This document shows, in pieces, positions 27,846 to 40,873 of a DNA stretch of 64,000 nucleotides. The translations under genes and the position numbers were made by a program. The notes beneath the pieces are model-generated. The model was not told the origin of the DNA, made no database searches, and was given only the letters and a program-made list of their open reading frames with translations. The DNA comes from Diplonema japonicum (lineage: Eukaryota; Protista; Euglenozoa: Diplonemea): contig OZ025656.1 of the NCBI GenBank assembly GCA_964019335.1, positions 186,001-250,000 on the forward strand. Reading direction: 5' to 3'. Numbering within the stretch: position 1 is the first letter of the stretch; every line of letters starts with the position of its first letter.

Positions 27846-28241
27846 CCCCCCCTCCTCCTTCATCTTGCTTTATAACTGAAGGGGAGGAAAAAAAAGTTTT
27901 TTTCTCTCCTCTCTTTTCTCTCTCTCTGTTTCTTTCTTTTTTTAAAAAAAAACCGACCCTTCATTTTTTGTTCTTTCTTTCTTTTTTTTTTTTTTATACT
28001 CTCTTTTTTTTTTCTTCCATTCATCCTTCCCTCTTTTCCCCCCATGTTCCCCTCCCCCTTTTTTTTTCATTCCCTCTCTATTCATCTTCTTGGGGGGAAA
28101 AGAAAAAAAAGGGAAACCCCCCCCCTATTTCTTTTTATTTCTCTTTTTTTTTTTGCTGTGCTAGGTAAACATAAAAAAAATCGTTTTTTTTTTTTTTTTT
28201 TTAAAGAGGACGGTGGTCGTCCGGGGAGGATTTTAAAAAAA

Positions 28242-28649
28242 ATGGAGGTAATCACGCTAAAGTGTGGTTCGTCTGCAGAAATTGTTGAGAGTATGCAGAC
28301 CCTTGGGAAAATGCTTCAGGAAAAGGTAGCTATAGAAAATGAAGCGCTTCAGAAGAGTAGAGATGAAGCAAAAGTTCTAGAAGCTCTAAATGAGGAACTA
28401 CACACCGAGAATGCAATCCTTCAGGAGGACGTGGTGAAGCTGCAGGCGCACTGCATTGACGTTTCAAAGCTCCAGCCGCCATGCCTCCAGTCTGCAACGT
28501 TCAAACGAACCTCAGTGTCCCGTGAAAGGTCCGAAGAACCCTCGCAATCGCCTGCCAACAGACCTGGAAGAAGAGAGAAGAAACCAGCCCTCTCCACCCA
28601 GATGGAGAAGAAGAGACAGGGAGTGCTGCCCCACCCTTTGTGGGGGTGA
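28242..28649 (+). CDS. 135-aa hypothetical coiled-coil protein
   Basis: Start MEVITLKCG after an A-run; heptad pattern; non-homopolymeric coding-like composition. Confidence 0.7.
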   Translation: MEVITLKCGSSAEIVESMQTLGKMLQEKVAIENEALQKSRDEAKVLEALNEELHTENAILQEDVVKLQAHCIDVSKLQPPCLQSATFKRTSVSRERSEEPSQSPANRPGRREKKPALSTQMEKKRQGVLPHPLWG

Positions 28650-28771
28650 TATAACGGTGTTTGCGCCCCTCCCCCCCCCCCATGTATTTGTACCTTTTTT
28701 TTTTTTTTTTTTATATATATAAGGGGGAAAAAAAAAATTAGAAAATTAGAGAAAAAAAAAATGTTGATTCG

Positions 28772-28803
<32 letters not shown>

Positions 28804-28818
28804 TTCCATTCCACACCA

Positions 28819-30624
28819 ATGGCCGCCAAAGAGTGTCTGAACACAATGGTTGCAGAATGTAGGACGTTGGAGCAGGTCGCAAGGGTCATTGCGATGACTA
28901 CACCGAAGCGTCCTGCAAGGATGGCTCTCCCTCGGCACTCCCAGCTGGAGGAGGTGGTGGCGGACAAGATTTTAAACACCCGGCCCAAGCTCGGCGACGC
29001 CGGCCTAAGCGAGTGCTTAGGCGCATGCAACATCCAACACGACACCCCACTACCAGTGGCCCTCAAGGTGGCTCAGGTACGGAAACAATACACAACCTCA
29101 ATAGAAGAACAAGAAGGCAGCTTCATGGAGAAGTACTTCCTAAGAGAGTTTCGAAACCTCACATTCCGAGACCTCCCCATCGTGATCCACTGCTACTGTC
29201 TAGTAAGGTACAAACCGATAGTATTGCTGAATCGTGCTTTGTCGTCAGTGTGCGAAGCACACCATTTCACGTTAGCCGAAGCTCGTAATATCTTGGAAAC
29301 ATACGCGTTTCACAAGTACCCTAATATGCCTGCGGTGCTGTGTGCCTTCGGGCCTATATTGGTTTCGAAGACTGGAAGCTCTTCAGATTGGAGGGCTGTT
29401 ATTCAAATATATGTCGATGCAGAGCATCCCAAGCAAACAGAGATTGCTGGGATGCTGAGGCAAGCGCTTTCCTCTGACGCAGGTGAGATAACCGCAGGTG
29501 AGATAAACTTTTTTTTAAAACAGTGCGTTTCCGTGAGATACACCCCGCCGGAAGGGCACTGGTTGTGGAAGACTCCCTCACCGTTGATATCGTATAATAG
29601 ATCAGTTTCTGCGGAAATAATTGAAAGTTTAGTAGGGATGCAGAAATACACGCTTGCTGTTATGTTGTTTTCAAGGCTGCAGCAACACACCGCGGTTCCG
29701 GTGGCAATGATATCATCTGTTTTAAAACTTCCTAGAAACGTTCAGAATTCGAAGGAAATGGAACTGATCATAGCGAACATGATTCAAAAGATCGATCCTG
29801 AGAGGTTGTCTCTTAAACAAGTTGGGCAAGTTGCGTTAATCCACCTGATCATCTCTAAGCGACCTCGTGCTGTATTTCTGCGACGTGTTCTGGAACTTTT
29901 AAAAACGTCACCAAACATCACAAACAACCACCTTTCGTACCTTGCCCGGCTTGTTTTCGACGAGGTTGTTGTGCTGGATAAGGATTGGGGCTGGGCACCG
30001 CTGTCTCGTTTTTTACATAAAATGCTAACCCTTGACGGGGTGACGCAGATCAGACCGATTATAGAAGACCCTGATCGATTCAAGTATAAAGTTTGTTGCA
30101 ACAATGCAAGCGGGTTAGTGTTGATATCTTGGGGGCTCATCGCTAGCGGGAACACCGATAAAGGCGTCGAATTGCTCATGGAGTGCGAAACTTCGGTCGA
30201 ACAGTTTTGTGAGGTTAAGTTAGAGTATCTTGTAGGGATATTCAAAGCAACAAGAATCCGAAAAGCAGTCGATTTTATATTCGATTGCATAGACATGTCC
30301 CTTGCACGAAGTGGGCTGAGAAACACATCTTTTCCCATGTTGACCAGAATTTTAGCGCATGCCATTTCTTGTAACCTGACGATGCTCGATCATTTTATAT
30401 TCCTTCTGGCGGAGCACATTGCTTCTATTTCTACGCTTCCGTTAACAGATGTGCAGATCGCTTGGATATTGTGGTCGTCAGCCAAGGTAACGAACGCACG
30501 GTCGCTGTTTAGGGTGTGCTTGCAACACCCCAGGGTTAAAAAACTGCTGCACCGAGGGGGGACGTTTACCAAACAGGTTGACCAAGCTTGCGCCAGGGCA
30601 GGGTTTACATTGGCTTCCTGTTGA
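28819..30624 (+). CDS. 601-aa alpha-helical repeat protein (possible FASTK/RAP/HPR-type organellar RNA-binding protein)
   Basis: Long intronless ORF, Leu/Ile-rich helices. Segments LTFRDLPIVIHCYCLVRYKP and LTDVQIAWILWSSAKV resemble helical repeats; family call is tentative. Confidence 0.6.
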   Translation: MAAKECLNTMVAECRTLEQVARVIAMTTPKRPARMALPRHSQLEEVVADKILNTRPKLGDAGLSECLGACNIQHDTPLPVALKVAQVRKQYTTSIEEQEGSFMEKYFLREFRNLTFRDLPIVIHCYCLVRYKPIVLLNRALSSVCEAHHFTLAEARNILETYAFHKYPNMPAVLCAFGPILVSKTGSSSDWRAVIQIYVDAEHPKQTEIAGMLRQALSSDAGEITAGEINFFLKQCVSVRYTPPEGHWLWKTPSPLISYNRSVSAEIIESLVGMQKYTLAVMLFSRLQQHTAVPVAMISSVLKLPRNVQNSKEMELIIANMIQKIDPERLSLKQVGQVALIHLIISKRPRAVFLRRVLELLKTSPNITNNHLSYLARLVFDEVVVLDKDWGWAPLSRFLHKMLTLDGVTQIRPIIEDPDRFKYKVCCNNASGLVLISWGLIASGNTDKGVELLMECETSVEQFCEVKLEYLVGIFKATRIRKAVDFIFDCIDMSLARSGLRNTSFPMLTRILAHAISCNLTMLDHFIFLLAEHIASISTLPLTDVQIAWILWSSAKVTNARSLFRVCLQHPRVKKLLHRGGTFTKQVDQACARAGFTLASC

Positions 30625-31504
30625 AGGAAAAAAAAAAGAAAAAAAAAAATGTTCTTTCCTTTTTTTTTAAGTGTCCACTCCTTGTTTTTTTTTTTTGTTT
30701 GTATCATATATACACATATATCTTTTGTCCTTTTCCTTTTTTTGAAAAAAAAAGGAATAAAAGTTCGAATTGCGTTATTATTATCCCCCCCCCCCCCCCG
30801 TCGCTGTTCGCATTTTTTTCCCCCAAGAGGGGGGTAATTCACTAATGCCCAAGAAAAAGTTTTGAAATCCACACAGAAAATACTTTTTTTTTTTTTTTTT
30901 TTCTGGAGGCTGCCTGTGTCACTGGGATGTCTTTTCCATTCTTTGAGCTTTTTTTTCTCCCGTAAATAACTAACGAACACCCACCTGGGGGGCAAGGCAA
31001 TGCATCTACCTGCATTGAAGGGCGGGGATTGACACCAGAAGCTCACATTTACAGGAAATTGTGAGTGCGAAATTCAACCATTTTTCGTTCTACGTGAATT
31101 ACCCCCTTCTTTTGTTCTCCTCCTGAGGTCTCGCTCTAGGTGACTCCCGCTTTGGAGCTTTTCTTACCCGAAGGGGGTAGAGGCCGTCTGACGCATGTAA
31201 GAGCTCTTCTTTTTTTTTTTCTTTTTTTTTTTTTCCTTCTTTCTTTCCTCGCATCGTCTCTTCTCTCCCCCTCTTTTTTCTCTTCTTCTTCACCCTTCTT
31301 TCGTAACACAAAACGAACCCACGTGTTCAAAGCGTGGGGGGCGTGGAGACCCCTCATGTTATTCCCGGCCCCACTCCCTCTGCTCAGTCCTCTTTTTTTT
31401 TTTTTTTTTTCTTCTTTTTATAACCTATAACTTATGAGGAAAACACTTACGAAACAGGATACAAAAAAAAAAAAAAAAAAAAAAAAAAAAGGAAAAAGAA
31501 AAGA

Positions 31505-33089
31505 ATGTATGGGTCCAACAACAACGGAGCGATGGGCCTTGAGGAGGAACTCGAGTTGGGGATGACGTTGAGCGACATCTTGAGCATGGACGGGGAGTCG
31601 ATGCCGCCCACATTGCCAGGGACTCCTAACAGGGAAGCCCTCGTACCGCAGGTGAGGACACAGGGCAGGCAGAGGGTGCGACTGTACCAACTGGAACACG
31701 AACAGGAGGCGACTACGAAGAAACAACAATATCAGCCGACACAGCGGCCACAACAACAACACCATCACCACCACCACCACCATCATCACCAGCAGCAGCA
31801 GCAGCAGCAGCAGCAAAACAGCCATACCCACAACCACAACCACCACAACAACAGACGGCACAGCGGTCACTTCTCCCCTGTCAACCAGCAGGAACAACAA
31901 CAAAACTCGTACAAGAGAAACAGCGGAAAAAGGCCGGCGTCTTGGGGAGGAGGCAACCACAACTGGAGGGGAAGCGACAAGGTAGAGCAAAAAAAAATAA
32001 AATAATAATAATAATAATAAACAGTCGATCGCGCTAATCACCTGCGCAGGCTGCAACGTGCAGATCCCTGCGAACCAAGCGGTTGGACACGCGTCGCAGT
32101 GCAACAGGCTGCAGGGCCAGGCGAAGAAAAGCAGTGTCTCGCCGGTGTCGTCGCCGAGGGCAGGGAAGGGAATGAAGAAGGGAACCAGCGAGAGCTTCAC
32201 GTCCGCCTACAGCCTGTTCATCGCAAGGGAGCTTGAGGGGGTGAAGATGAAGAGGGACGAGGTCGCATCGTCGAAATGGAAGGAAATGACACCCGCAGAA
32301 AAATTCCTCGACCTTGCCAACCGCAACAGAGCCATGAAGGAAACCCTGCTGCAGAGGATGACGGCAGCCACAGCAAAGTGGGAGGAGATGACGTACGACC
32401 AGAAGAAACCGTTCATTGACGAGGCGGCCAAGAACAGAGGCCAGCCGGCATCGCCTGCACCCAGCAGGGCTACCAACACAACAACAACAACAACAACAAC
32501 AACAACCGCGAAGCGAGTGTCGTGGTCCTTGGAAACAGCTCAGGGGAAGAACATCCTTCAGAACGACATAGACAAGAGGGTGTCATGGGGGCCTGAAGAC
32601 ATCAGAAGATGGGACTCTCAGATTGCTGAGGAACAACAGCCACCCTTGCAGGCTGGTGCTGATTCTTCAGCAGCGCAGTTAGGTCAGCTTGCTTACTACC
32701 TAGCTGGTGCTGGATTGATTCCGCAGCCCACCAAGCCCAATGGTACTCCAGACTCTTCGATGCAAAGCATGGCGAACGCGAGTCTAAGCATGATGACCCC
32801 TGTGCAGAATGCTTCGAATCTTTCACTTTCTACTTACCACACAGTTCCTATCAGTTCTTGGGAGGTTGCTTCTGCCACAGATTCTGAGGACTCGCAGCCC
32901 CGTGCACCCCCTTCCCCTACTTATGCAACTGCCACAGCTAAACTGAATGTTGCCGATCCGAGTGCCATCAAAGCTCTTCTCGGCTACGACTCAGACGACA
33001 CTGAGAGCGCTCAAGACTCGGAGTCTGAGGAGAAACTCGTCCAGGCGACCACCATTAAGCCTTTGTCGTCAGTACCCTGTGTTGTTTGA
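31505..33089 (+). CDS. 513-aa HMG-box protein with polyH/polyQ region, C2HC zinc finger and two KRVSW motifs; exons 31505-31981, 32025-33089
   Basis: Intron 31982-32024 (GTAGAG..(AAT)n..ACAG) joins the ORFs and creates CAGCNVQIPANQAVGHASQC. SAYSLFIARE..KWEEMTYDQKKPFIDEA is an HMG-box pattern. Confidence 0.8.
31752..31852 (+). repeat. Coding trinucleotide repeats (CAA/CAC/CAG; polyQ-H10-Q9)
   Basis: Directly visible. Confidence 0.9.
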
Positions 33090-33136
33090 AAAAAAAAAAA
33101 AAATGGAAAAAAAAATTTTTTTGTGTCCTGGATGAG

Positions 33137-33167
<31 letters not shown>

Positions 33168-36100
33168 GTGAACCAGTTTTTGCAGGACATTTTCCTCTTT
33201 TTTTTTTTTTGTGGTTCCTTCTCTCCTTCCACCCTCAAAAAAAAAGAAAGAAAGAAAGAAAAATAGCGAGAACGAAGATGAAATAAAGAATGGGAGAATA
33301 TAAAAAAAAATCTTTTTTTTCATTCTTTGGAGGGACTCTGGGGTTGGTTGGTAGAGAGGGGAGAGAAAGTCTTTTTTTTTGGGGGGTTTTTTTTTGTGTG
33401 GGTGAGAGAAAGATGGCAAAGAGGCTTTTGTTAGGTTCTTTATCCTTTTTCTTTTATTTCGTGTTCCCCCCCCCCCCCCCCCTCCCTCCCCATAAGAAAG
33501 TAATATAAAAAAAAAGTAAGGAAGAAGAATTAGAAATCCACGTTTTGTGCTGGTGACCTATGTGTGTCCTTGGGGCGTGCCCATTTGCTGGGGAAGGCAA
33601 CCCCCACCACTTGTGGATGCCCTGGGCTTCTGCCCATCTTTTTTAAAAAAAAAATATTTGATGTGTTAAAAAAAAAAGAAGAAGAAAAAAAAAAAAAACC
33701 GACAATGGCAATGAGCAATGACAATGTGTTTTTTGTTCATCCCCCTCCCAAAAAAAAAAGATTTACTTCTTCCCCCCTTCTTTTACTTTGCCTTCTCTGC
33801 GCCAATTCCCTTTTACTCACCACAAGAAACTAAGGAAAAAAAAAACGAAATTGTTTCAGCCTGCCAATATTCTATGAGACTCTATACCCGCCCCACCCCC
33901 TTTTTTTTTGATTGATTTTTTTCTGAAGAAAATATTTAAAAAAAAAAGAAACTAATCGCACAACACACGCACCACCCGTCATCATTTGTTTGGGCGACTT
34001 GTTGTTAAAGGTAGTGGGAAATAATTTAAAAAAAAAAAAAAAAAAAAAGAGGGGGAAAAAAAAAAGGAAGGGTATGAAAAAAGGGTAGAAAGATTGGAGG
34101 GCGTAGGGGGAACGGGTGGTGGGGGTGGGGTGGAAGAACAAGAAAAAAAAGAAAGGAAGAAGAAAAAAAAATAATAAAAATAAAAAAATAAAAGAGTTAT
34201 TTCCATTAATTTGGTTTGCCTTTCTTATTTAAAAAAAAATGAAAGAATTATCTTTCTCTTCTTTTTTTTCACCCTCCCCCCTTTCCCCTCCCTTCTTGTC
34301 CTGCCCCCCTTTCTTTTTTTTTTTCTCCCTTTCTTCAGCTTCGCCGAGTGAAATAGTGGTAGTCTCCCCTCCCCACCTTTTTTCTCTCTTGACAACACCC
34401 AAAGGAATGGGTAGATTTTTTTTTATACGAAAATATTTCAATTTATAAAAAAAAAAGAAATTAGCCCCCCCCGCTGTAGAACTGGTTGGTGGGAGGCAAA
34501 AAAAATGGAAAAATAAAAAAAAATAAAAAAGGAAGTTAAGACAACATTTAAAAAAAATAAATAAATAAAAACCCTCTTCCTTTACATCTGAAAATCTTTT
34601 GTTGTATTGATTTTTTTTTCTTTTTCTTTTTTTTTCCCTTCTAAACTTTCGTTTGTCTTTCTCATTCTCCCCCCCCCCTCCCCCCCTTGTCTCGTGATTG
34701 TGCCGAAATCCAGGTCACGCTGGCATAAGAATGCAGGGTGGAGTCTAGAAAGGAAGAAAAAAAAAAGGAGAAATAGACAACGAGTTGAGTTGTGTATAAA
34801 AAAAGAGAGAACATAAAGAAGAGATTTAAAAAAAAAAAAGATTGTTTTTCTTTGATTGGGCACCACCCAGCAAAAAAAAAAAAATTCCCAGCAAAAAAAA
34901 AAAAAAAAAAAAAAAATGAGATGAAAGAGAAACCGACAGCAAGCTCCCCCCCTTCCCCCCATTTCCCCTTCTACAATCTTTCCTTTTATTTCTCTTCTTT
35001 TATTTTCACCTCTCCCCTATTTCTCTTTTTTTTTATTTCCCCCCCTTCATATCCCTTTACCTCTCTTCAAAAAAAAAAAAAGAGGGAAGAAAAAAAAAAA
35101 AAGAGGGGTGTATCACACAAATTGGTCCGTTCCTTTTTTTTTTTTTTTTTAAATACTCCCTTTCCCCAGCTTTTCTTCTGCTTCTTTGCCTCTGGATTTT
35201 TATTTTTCTACTGGGAAGAAAATTCAATTTTTTCTGCCAAAAAAAAAAAAAAAAAAAAAAAAGACAAATCTCATGAAATATAATTTTTTTTATTTATTTT
35301 TTTTTACCTATTTACCCTTTTTTTTTCTCCCCCCCGAACTCCCCCCCCTATCTCCCCATTCTGGTTAGGTTCAGTGACCTGCGCTACATGCGCTCTTTTT
35401 TTGCAAGATTCGTCCACCGGACTACTAGAGAGAGGGTAATAAAAATTGAAAATAGTGGGGGAATGGAGAATTAAAACAAAACAAAAAAAAAATACCCCCA
35501 CCCCCCTTCCCACTGTTAGAAAACCCCTCTGAAGGAATGAAGAGTTGTGTGTGGAGGGCAATAAGAAAAAAAAAAAAAAAAACTGGAAGAAAGCAGATAA
35601 TATGGCGAGTCTTTAATGCAGTCCCCCCCCCTAACAAAAATATTTCTTTTTTTTGCGGTAACTACTGTTTTTTTTTTTTTTTTATTTTTGCGATTTTTTT
35701 TTTTTTACTCCCCCCTCCTTGTTGGCTTTTTTTTCTTCTTGTTCTCGTGATCTACCCACCCTTTAGCCTGTCATGTCAACAGAGCAACGCGCGCGCACAA
35801 GACGGCAGCGTGCACCACACACACTTTTTTTTTTTTTTTTTTTATGTATTCGAGAAAGCATAGGGGAGGAGGAAACACACACGCGCACGCATACAAAAGA
35901 AGGGGAGCGGGAAGAGGGTGTTTTTTTTTTTTTTTTTCTTCTTCTTTTTTTCCCCTCTTCTTTTCTATAACGCGGCAGCCATGGCTTGTTGTCATTACAA
36001 AACAGGAAGCAAGAAATTTTTGCGGTAATTCGTTTTTAAAAAGCTTTAAAAAAAAAAAAAAATAGGTCAGACAACGAAAGACCGTTTCTTTTTGTGCTTT

Positions 36101-36399
36101 CATTTTTAGGTATTTTATCGTGTCTCAGAAGAATTGTTTTCTCATTTGGATTCAGCAAGGCCCCTGTGCACCACCTAATGCTTCCTATGGTTGCTTACAT
36201 GTAAAATGACACTTTTTTTTTTTTTTTTTTTTTTTTTTAACGCTTCAATTACCGTATTGCTACCCATAAATATTTTATTCACATCGTCGCCGCTTTAAAA
36301 AAAGAGGGGAGGGGAACCCCCTCCAAGAAAAGGAGGGGGGGAAAATCAACACACGCATACCCACATGCCCTCTCTCCCCCCTCCCCCTTCTTCTATACA

Positions 36400-36440
<41 letters not shown>

Positions 36441-36711
36441 AAAAAAATCTTGTTTTCTTCCAAAGAAAAAAGAAAGGGGAAAAAAAAAGAAGAAAAAAAA
36501 AACCTTGCATCCTTTCTGGAGGGGGGTTTTTTTTTTTTCTTTACCCCCTTTTTTTTTATTTTCTCTTCAAAAACGGTGTCTTTCCCCCCCCCTTTCTCTC
36601 GCTCCCCCCACTTTTTTTTTTTTTTTAAGTTTCAGTTTTTTTTTCACGTGGTAAAAAAAAAAAAAAAAAGAAAAAAAAATTACACACACGATAACAAGAA
36701 ATACAATACAA

Positions 36712-37527
36712 ATGGAAGGTCCTGAGATAATGTCCGCGCCGGAGCTGATGAGGGGTCAGCAGTGGGAGGTCGGCAGGGTGAAATGGAGGGGCGCCGTGGC
36801 TGTCGAGGAGGAGCTGAGCCTTCACTCCATGAGGCTGGTAAAGGACTTCTTCGGCGAATTCTTCGCTGCCATGCACAACGGCACCGTCACAGACTGCATA
36901 GGGAAGTGGGCCTGCGACGATGTGGTCACCTGCACAGAACGGCTAGTGTTCCCCATTCAAGTCGTGGGCAAGGAAATGATGATCAAAGCCTATAACGAAG
37001 TCCTGGAACGGTCATGGGGAATCGACTCAAACATAACTTTCAGGGTGGACGAGTGCATCCCCGAAACCCCAACACGTATCAGAACAGATTTCACCATGTC
37101 TGTTCACCGTTCTGGCATGCAACAGCCTATCATTAAAAAACGCAGATGGGTCCTTGGGCTGCGGGGGAACAAGTTGGCCTCGATCAAGGTATCGCCTACC
37201 TGTCAAGATATCCAATGTGCTGGGCCCTTTGTCGAGATTCCTATGGCATCCGTTCCAGCTTATATCACACCAGTTGCACCGCCTGTCCCGAAAGCGCCTT
37301 CTCGATCTAAGGATAGGCCTTGTGTATGTAACCAGTGGGACTCCATTCGTGTGAAGCGGGGGCTTGCCCTCTTGCGCTGCCGGACTTGCCAGTCGCAGTG
37401 GAAGCTACCTTCTCCGGATGTGGTCCGGTGTGATGCTTTCCTGTCACCTGAAAGCTGTTCTAAGGGACATGAATGTACCCAGCTTCACATTTTCCCAAGA
37501 AAACTCCCGAAAAAGGAGCAGGTTTGA
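36712..37527 (+). CDS. 271-aa protein: NTF2/SnoaL-like domain + zinc ribbon + CCCH-type finger (paralogue 1)
   Basis: RPCVCNQWDSIRVKRGLALLRCRTCQSQWKL then RCDAFLSPESCSKGHECTQLH; clear similarity to 40106..40810. Confidence 0.85.
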   Translation: MEGPEIMSAPELMRGQQWEVGRVKWRGAVAVEEELSLHSMRLVKDFFGEFFAAMHNGTVTDCIGKWACDDVVTCTERLVFPIQVVGKEMMIKAYNEVLERSWGIDSNITFRVDECIPETPTRIRTDFTMSVHRSGMQQPIIKKRRWVLGLRGNKLASIKVSPTCQDIQCAGPFVEIPMASVPAYITPVAPPVPKAPSRSKDRPCVCNQWDSIRVKRGLALLRCRTCQSQWKLPSPDVVRCDAFLSPESCSKGHECTQLHIFPRKLPKKEQV

Positions 37528-37907
37528 GGTGGGAATGGGTTTTTTTTTTTTTTTTTTTTTTATTCCATATATTCGCGCTCTGTGATTTGATTTTTTTTTT
37601 TTTTGGATTTTTTTTTTCTCTCGGCATTTTGTGTTTAAGAACTACCCTCAGGGTCGAAAGAAAAAAAAAAAAAAAAAAAAAAGGAGATTAAAAAAAAGAT
37701 TTTTTTTTTAAAACCTTCATTACCCTCATTCTGAAAAGACATTTATAGAACAGCAAGGGAAAAAGAAAAAAAAAATCTTCTTTTTTTTTGGAGTGTATGT
37801 CCAGAATATCTACGAGACGGGCTACATTGCTCAATTAAAAAAGAAAATGATTTTTTTTTTCCCCCCAGTTTAATGAGGCTGGGGGGAGGGGAAACAAACA
37901 AACAAGG

Positions 37908-37955
<48 letters not shown>

Positions 37956-38420
37956 TACAAACCCATGGCAATTCTTTTTTCCTCTTCTTCATAGCTGTCT
38001 CAAACTCTAAAACTCTCTCGTCATTTTTTTTCCCTTTTTTTTTTGTCTCTCTCTTGCTTTTCTTTTTCTTTTATTATCCTCCTCTTTTTCTTTTCTTCTT
38101 CTTCTTTATCGTCCCTATTATTTATTGCGGATTTTTTTCTCGTTTCTGGTGCTTCCTTTTTTTTTTTTTTCTTTTTTTTTCTTTTTTTTTTTTTGATCCC
38201 CACGATAAACAACAGATGGGAATGAAGAGGTCTCCTTTTTCTTTTTCGAAAAAAAAAAGAGGGGGGGGAGGTGGAAAAAAAAAAAGCAAAAACACGATGA
38301 ACGGGAAAATAAAAGGAAATAAAAAATTCTCGAGTAACCTTTTTTTTTTTCTTTTAGTGCTGGCCAGCCAATTTTTACTTTTTTTGTTGGAGTATTAACA
38401 GATAGACCCCCCCCTCCCAT

Positions 38421-38463
38421 AGGGCGGCCCTCTAGCGGGGGGCTTGTCCTGTACTTTGAGTTT
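38421..38463 (+). repeat. Dispersed stem-loop element, copy C
   Basis: AGGGCGGCCCTCTAGCGGGGGGCTTGTCCT followed by GTACTTTGAGTTT. Confidence 0.7.
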
Positions 38464-39774
38464 GTTTTTTCGTGACTCGGGGTTATTTATGTCTTTTTCC
38501 TGTTCATTTTGTCTCGTGTTCTTTTTTTTTCTTTCTTCCACTCCCTCTTTTTTCTATAGTTATATTATATACTCTTCAGTTGTTTTGGGGGTTTTTCTCA
38601 AAGTGTTGGGGATCAAAAAGAAAAGGGGAGGTAGCCACCGGGATAGAAAAAAAAAGAAGAAAGAAATAAAAAAACAGAGGTGAGAACGAGAAAAAAAAAA
38701 AGAAAAGTTTTTTTTTTAAAAAAAAAAAAAAGAAAAAAAGGGTGAACGCTGCAAGCGATGCAATTCGATATTACATATAAAAACCTACACATAATTTTTT
38801 TGTTTTTTTTTTTGTTTGTTTTTTTTTTTATGTTTGAGATTAAGTTATGGTTTTAAAAAAAAGTTATTCGGGAAAAAAAAAAAGGTTTGTTTATTTCTCT
38901 TCTTTTTTTTTTATTATTTACTTACCTACCTCTCTCTCCCTCTCTTCCCTCTCTCACCAACATTCTAGCATCCACATAGCCTCGGGGGGAAAAAAAAGAG
39001 AAAAAAGAAGAATAAAAGAAAAGAAAATAAACACAAAATATTTCCTTGATTCTTTTCTTCTTCTTTCAAATCCAAGTATGAGGACTTGTTTCTTTTTTTC
39101 TCTTTTTGCTTCCTTTTTTGCATTTTTTTTTTTTTTAAGGTTTACTTGCCTCCTACTTGGAGGAAGAAGAAGAAGAGGGAGAGAAAAGGGGAAATAAAAA
39201 AAAAAAACTACTTGTTCAATTTGCCCTTTACATTTTCTTTTCTTTTTTTTTTGATTCCCCCCTCCCCATTGTCCAAAAGGAAATATTACCCCTTTTTTTT
39301 GTTGAATAGTTGCAAAAAAAAAAAAAAAAAAAAAAAAACGCCACTTTTCAACATGTAAAAAAACACCTAGAGATCATCTCTGGGTTTGTTTTTTTTTTTT
39401 CATACAAAAAAAAAAATAACAAAACGGGGAAAAAAAAAGAAGAAAGAGATCAACTTAGACATTTTTTTCTTTGTTATTTATTTTTTTTTTTGTAATCCCT
39501 GTCTCTGTGCCTTCCTTCCCTTTTTTTCCTGACTTTTTTTTTTTTTTTTACTCACAGTAAACCGCACAGCTACCTTTTTTTTTCTGGCCAATCATAGCGC
39601 CATCTTGTGTTTTTCCATTTTTCTTTTATTTTTCCTTTCTCCTTTCCCTTGAGCTTTTTTTTCCACCCCGCTTTGTGTTTCTTTTCGGACCTCTAACTAA
39701 GGCCAAGAGACGAGAAAACTGAAGAAACTTGTAGTCGAGGAAAACAAGAATAGGAAGCCAGATGAACCTGTAAA

Positions 39775-39780
<6 letters not shown>

Positions 39781-39806
<26 letters not shown>

Positions 39807-39812
39807 CAAAAA
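39781..39812. repeat. (CAAAA)n microsatellite
   Basis: Directly visible. Confidence 0.9.
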
Positions 39813-40105
39813 GGCGCAATTCGTTTTCACAGTTTCTTTTTCTTCTTCCCAAAACCATAAACCTCTTCGGGTCCGTAAACAGAAAAAAAAAAGGGGTGTT
39901 AAAAAGAGAAGGGGGGGGGGGAAAGAAATATGGGGGGAGGACAACCCGGAGATGGGAAGGGGGGGGAAAAAAAAGTAGCTTACTTACTCTTTGCTTTTTT
40001 TATTTTTATTTTTTTTTTTTTCGTTCCCCGTTTACAAAAAAAAAAAAAAAAAAAAAAAGGGTTCACACAAAAAAACCTTCTTTTTATATACCACAAAAAA
40101 AAAAA

Positions 40106-40807
40106 ATGCACGGACCTGCATTGAGCGCCCCGCAAATCGTGACACCAAAGGCGTTTACGGTAAAGTTTCTATCAGGATTCGTCTCAGTAATGCACAGTGG
40201 GGGTGTTGCAGAGTACTTCGAAGATTGGCTGCACGAGGAGATAGTCTGGGCCACTGCACCGGACTCAGAGGTAAAATTCCACGCCAAGGGAAGACGGGAG
40301 GCCTGCGCTGCTTACAACAAAATAGTTGCCGAAGCATTTGGCGGCCCGAACTGCTCCGTATCCTTCGAGCTTAACAATGTGAAACAGGAGAGCGAAACAG
40401 AGATCATCGCAGATTTCACCATTTACCTCCCTCGAGTCGTGTACCGTACTTGGGAGATTGTGCTAAAGGACAGCAAGATCTACTCTATTTTCTGCAAGCC
40501 TCGTGTGATCCCAGCAGTTTTCGAAATGGAGCTACCCCCTCTTCCCCCCCCAACGACAGAGCGCCCCTGCAGCCACAACGAGTGGGACTCCGTCAGGGTG
40601 AAGAGAAAACAAATTCTACTTCGTTGCAGGAAGTGCGCCAGCCAGTGGAAGCTGCGGGCCGGAGAGATCACAAGATGTGTGAAATTTACCTCTGGCATGT
40701 GCCGTAAAGGCCCGTCTTGCACACTTTTCCACATTTATTCCCGAAAGCAAACAAAGGAAGAACGTCAGGCTGTGCTGCTAGCGGAGGCTTTGGCGAAAAT
40801 GCGGTGC

Positions 40808-40810
<3 letters not shown>
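40106..40810 (+). CDS. 234-aa protein: NTF2/SnoaL-like domain + zinc ribbon + CCCH-type finger (paralogue 2)
   Basis: Start MHGPALSAP after an A-run; RPCSHNEWDSVRVKRKQILLRCRKCASQWKL, RCVKFTSGMCRKGPSCTLFH. Confidence 0.85.
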
Positions 40811-40857
<47 letters not shown>

Positions 40858-40873
40858 TTTGAGGAAACAGGGG

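Noticed and set aside
33530-33640. Short GC-rich islands (also 30905-31080, 35365-35430, 44067-44150)
   Set aside because: No ORF, repeat partner or convincing fold that I could support.
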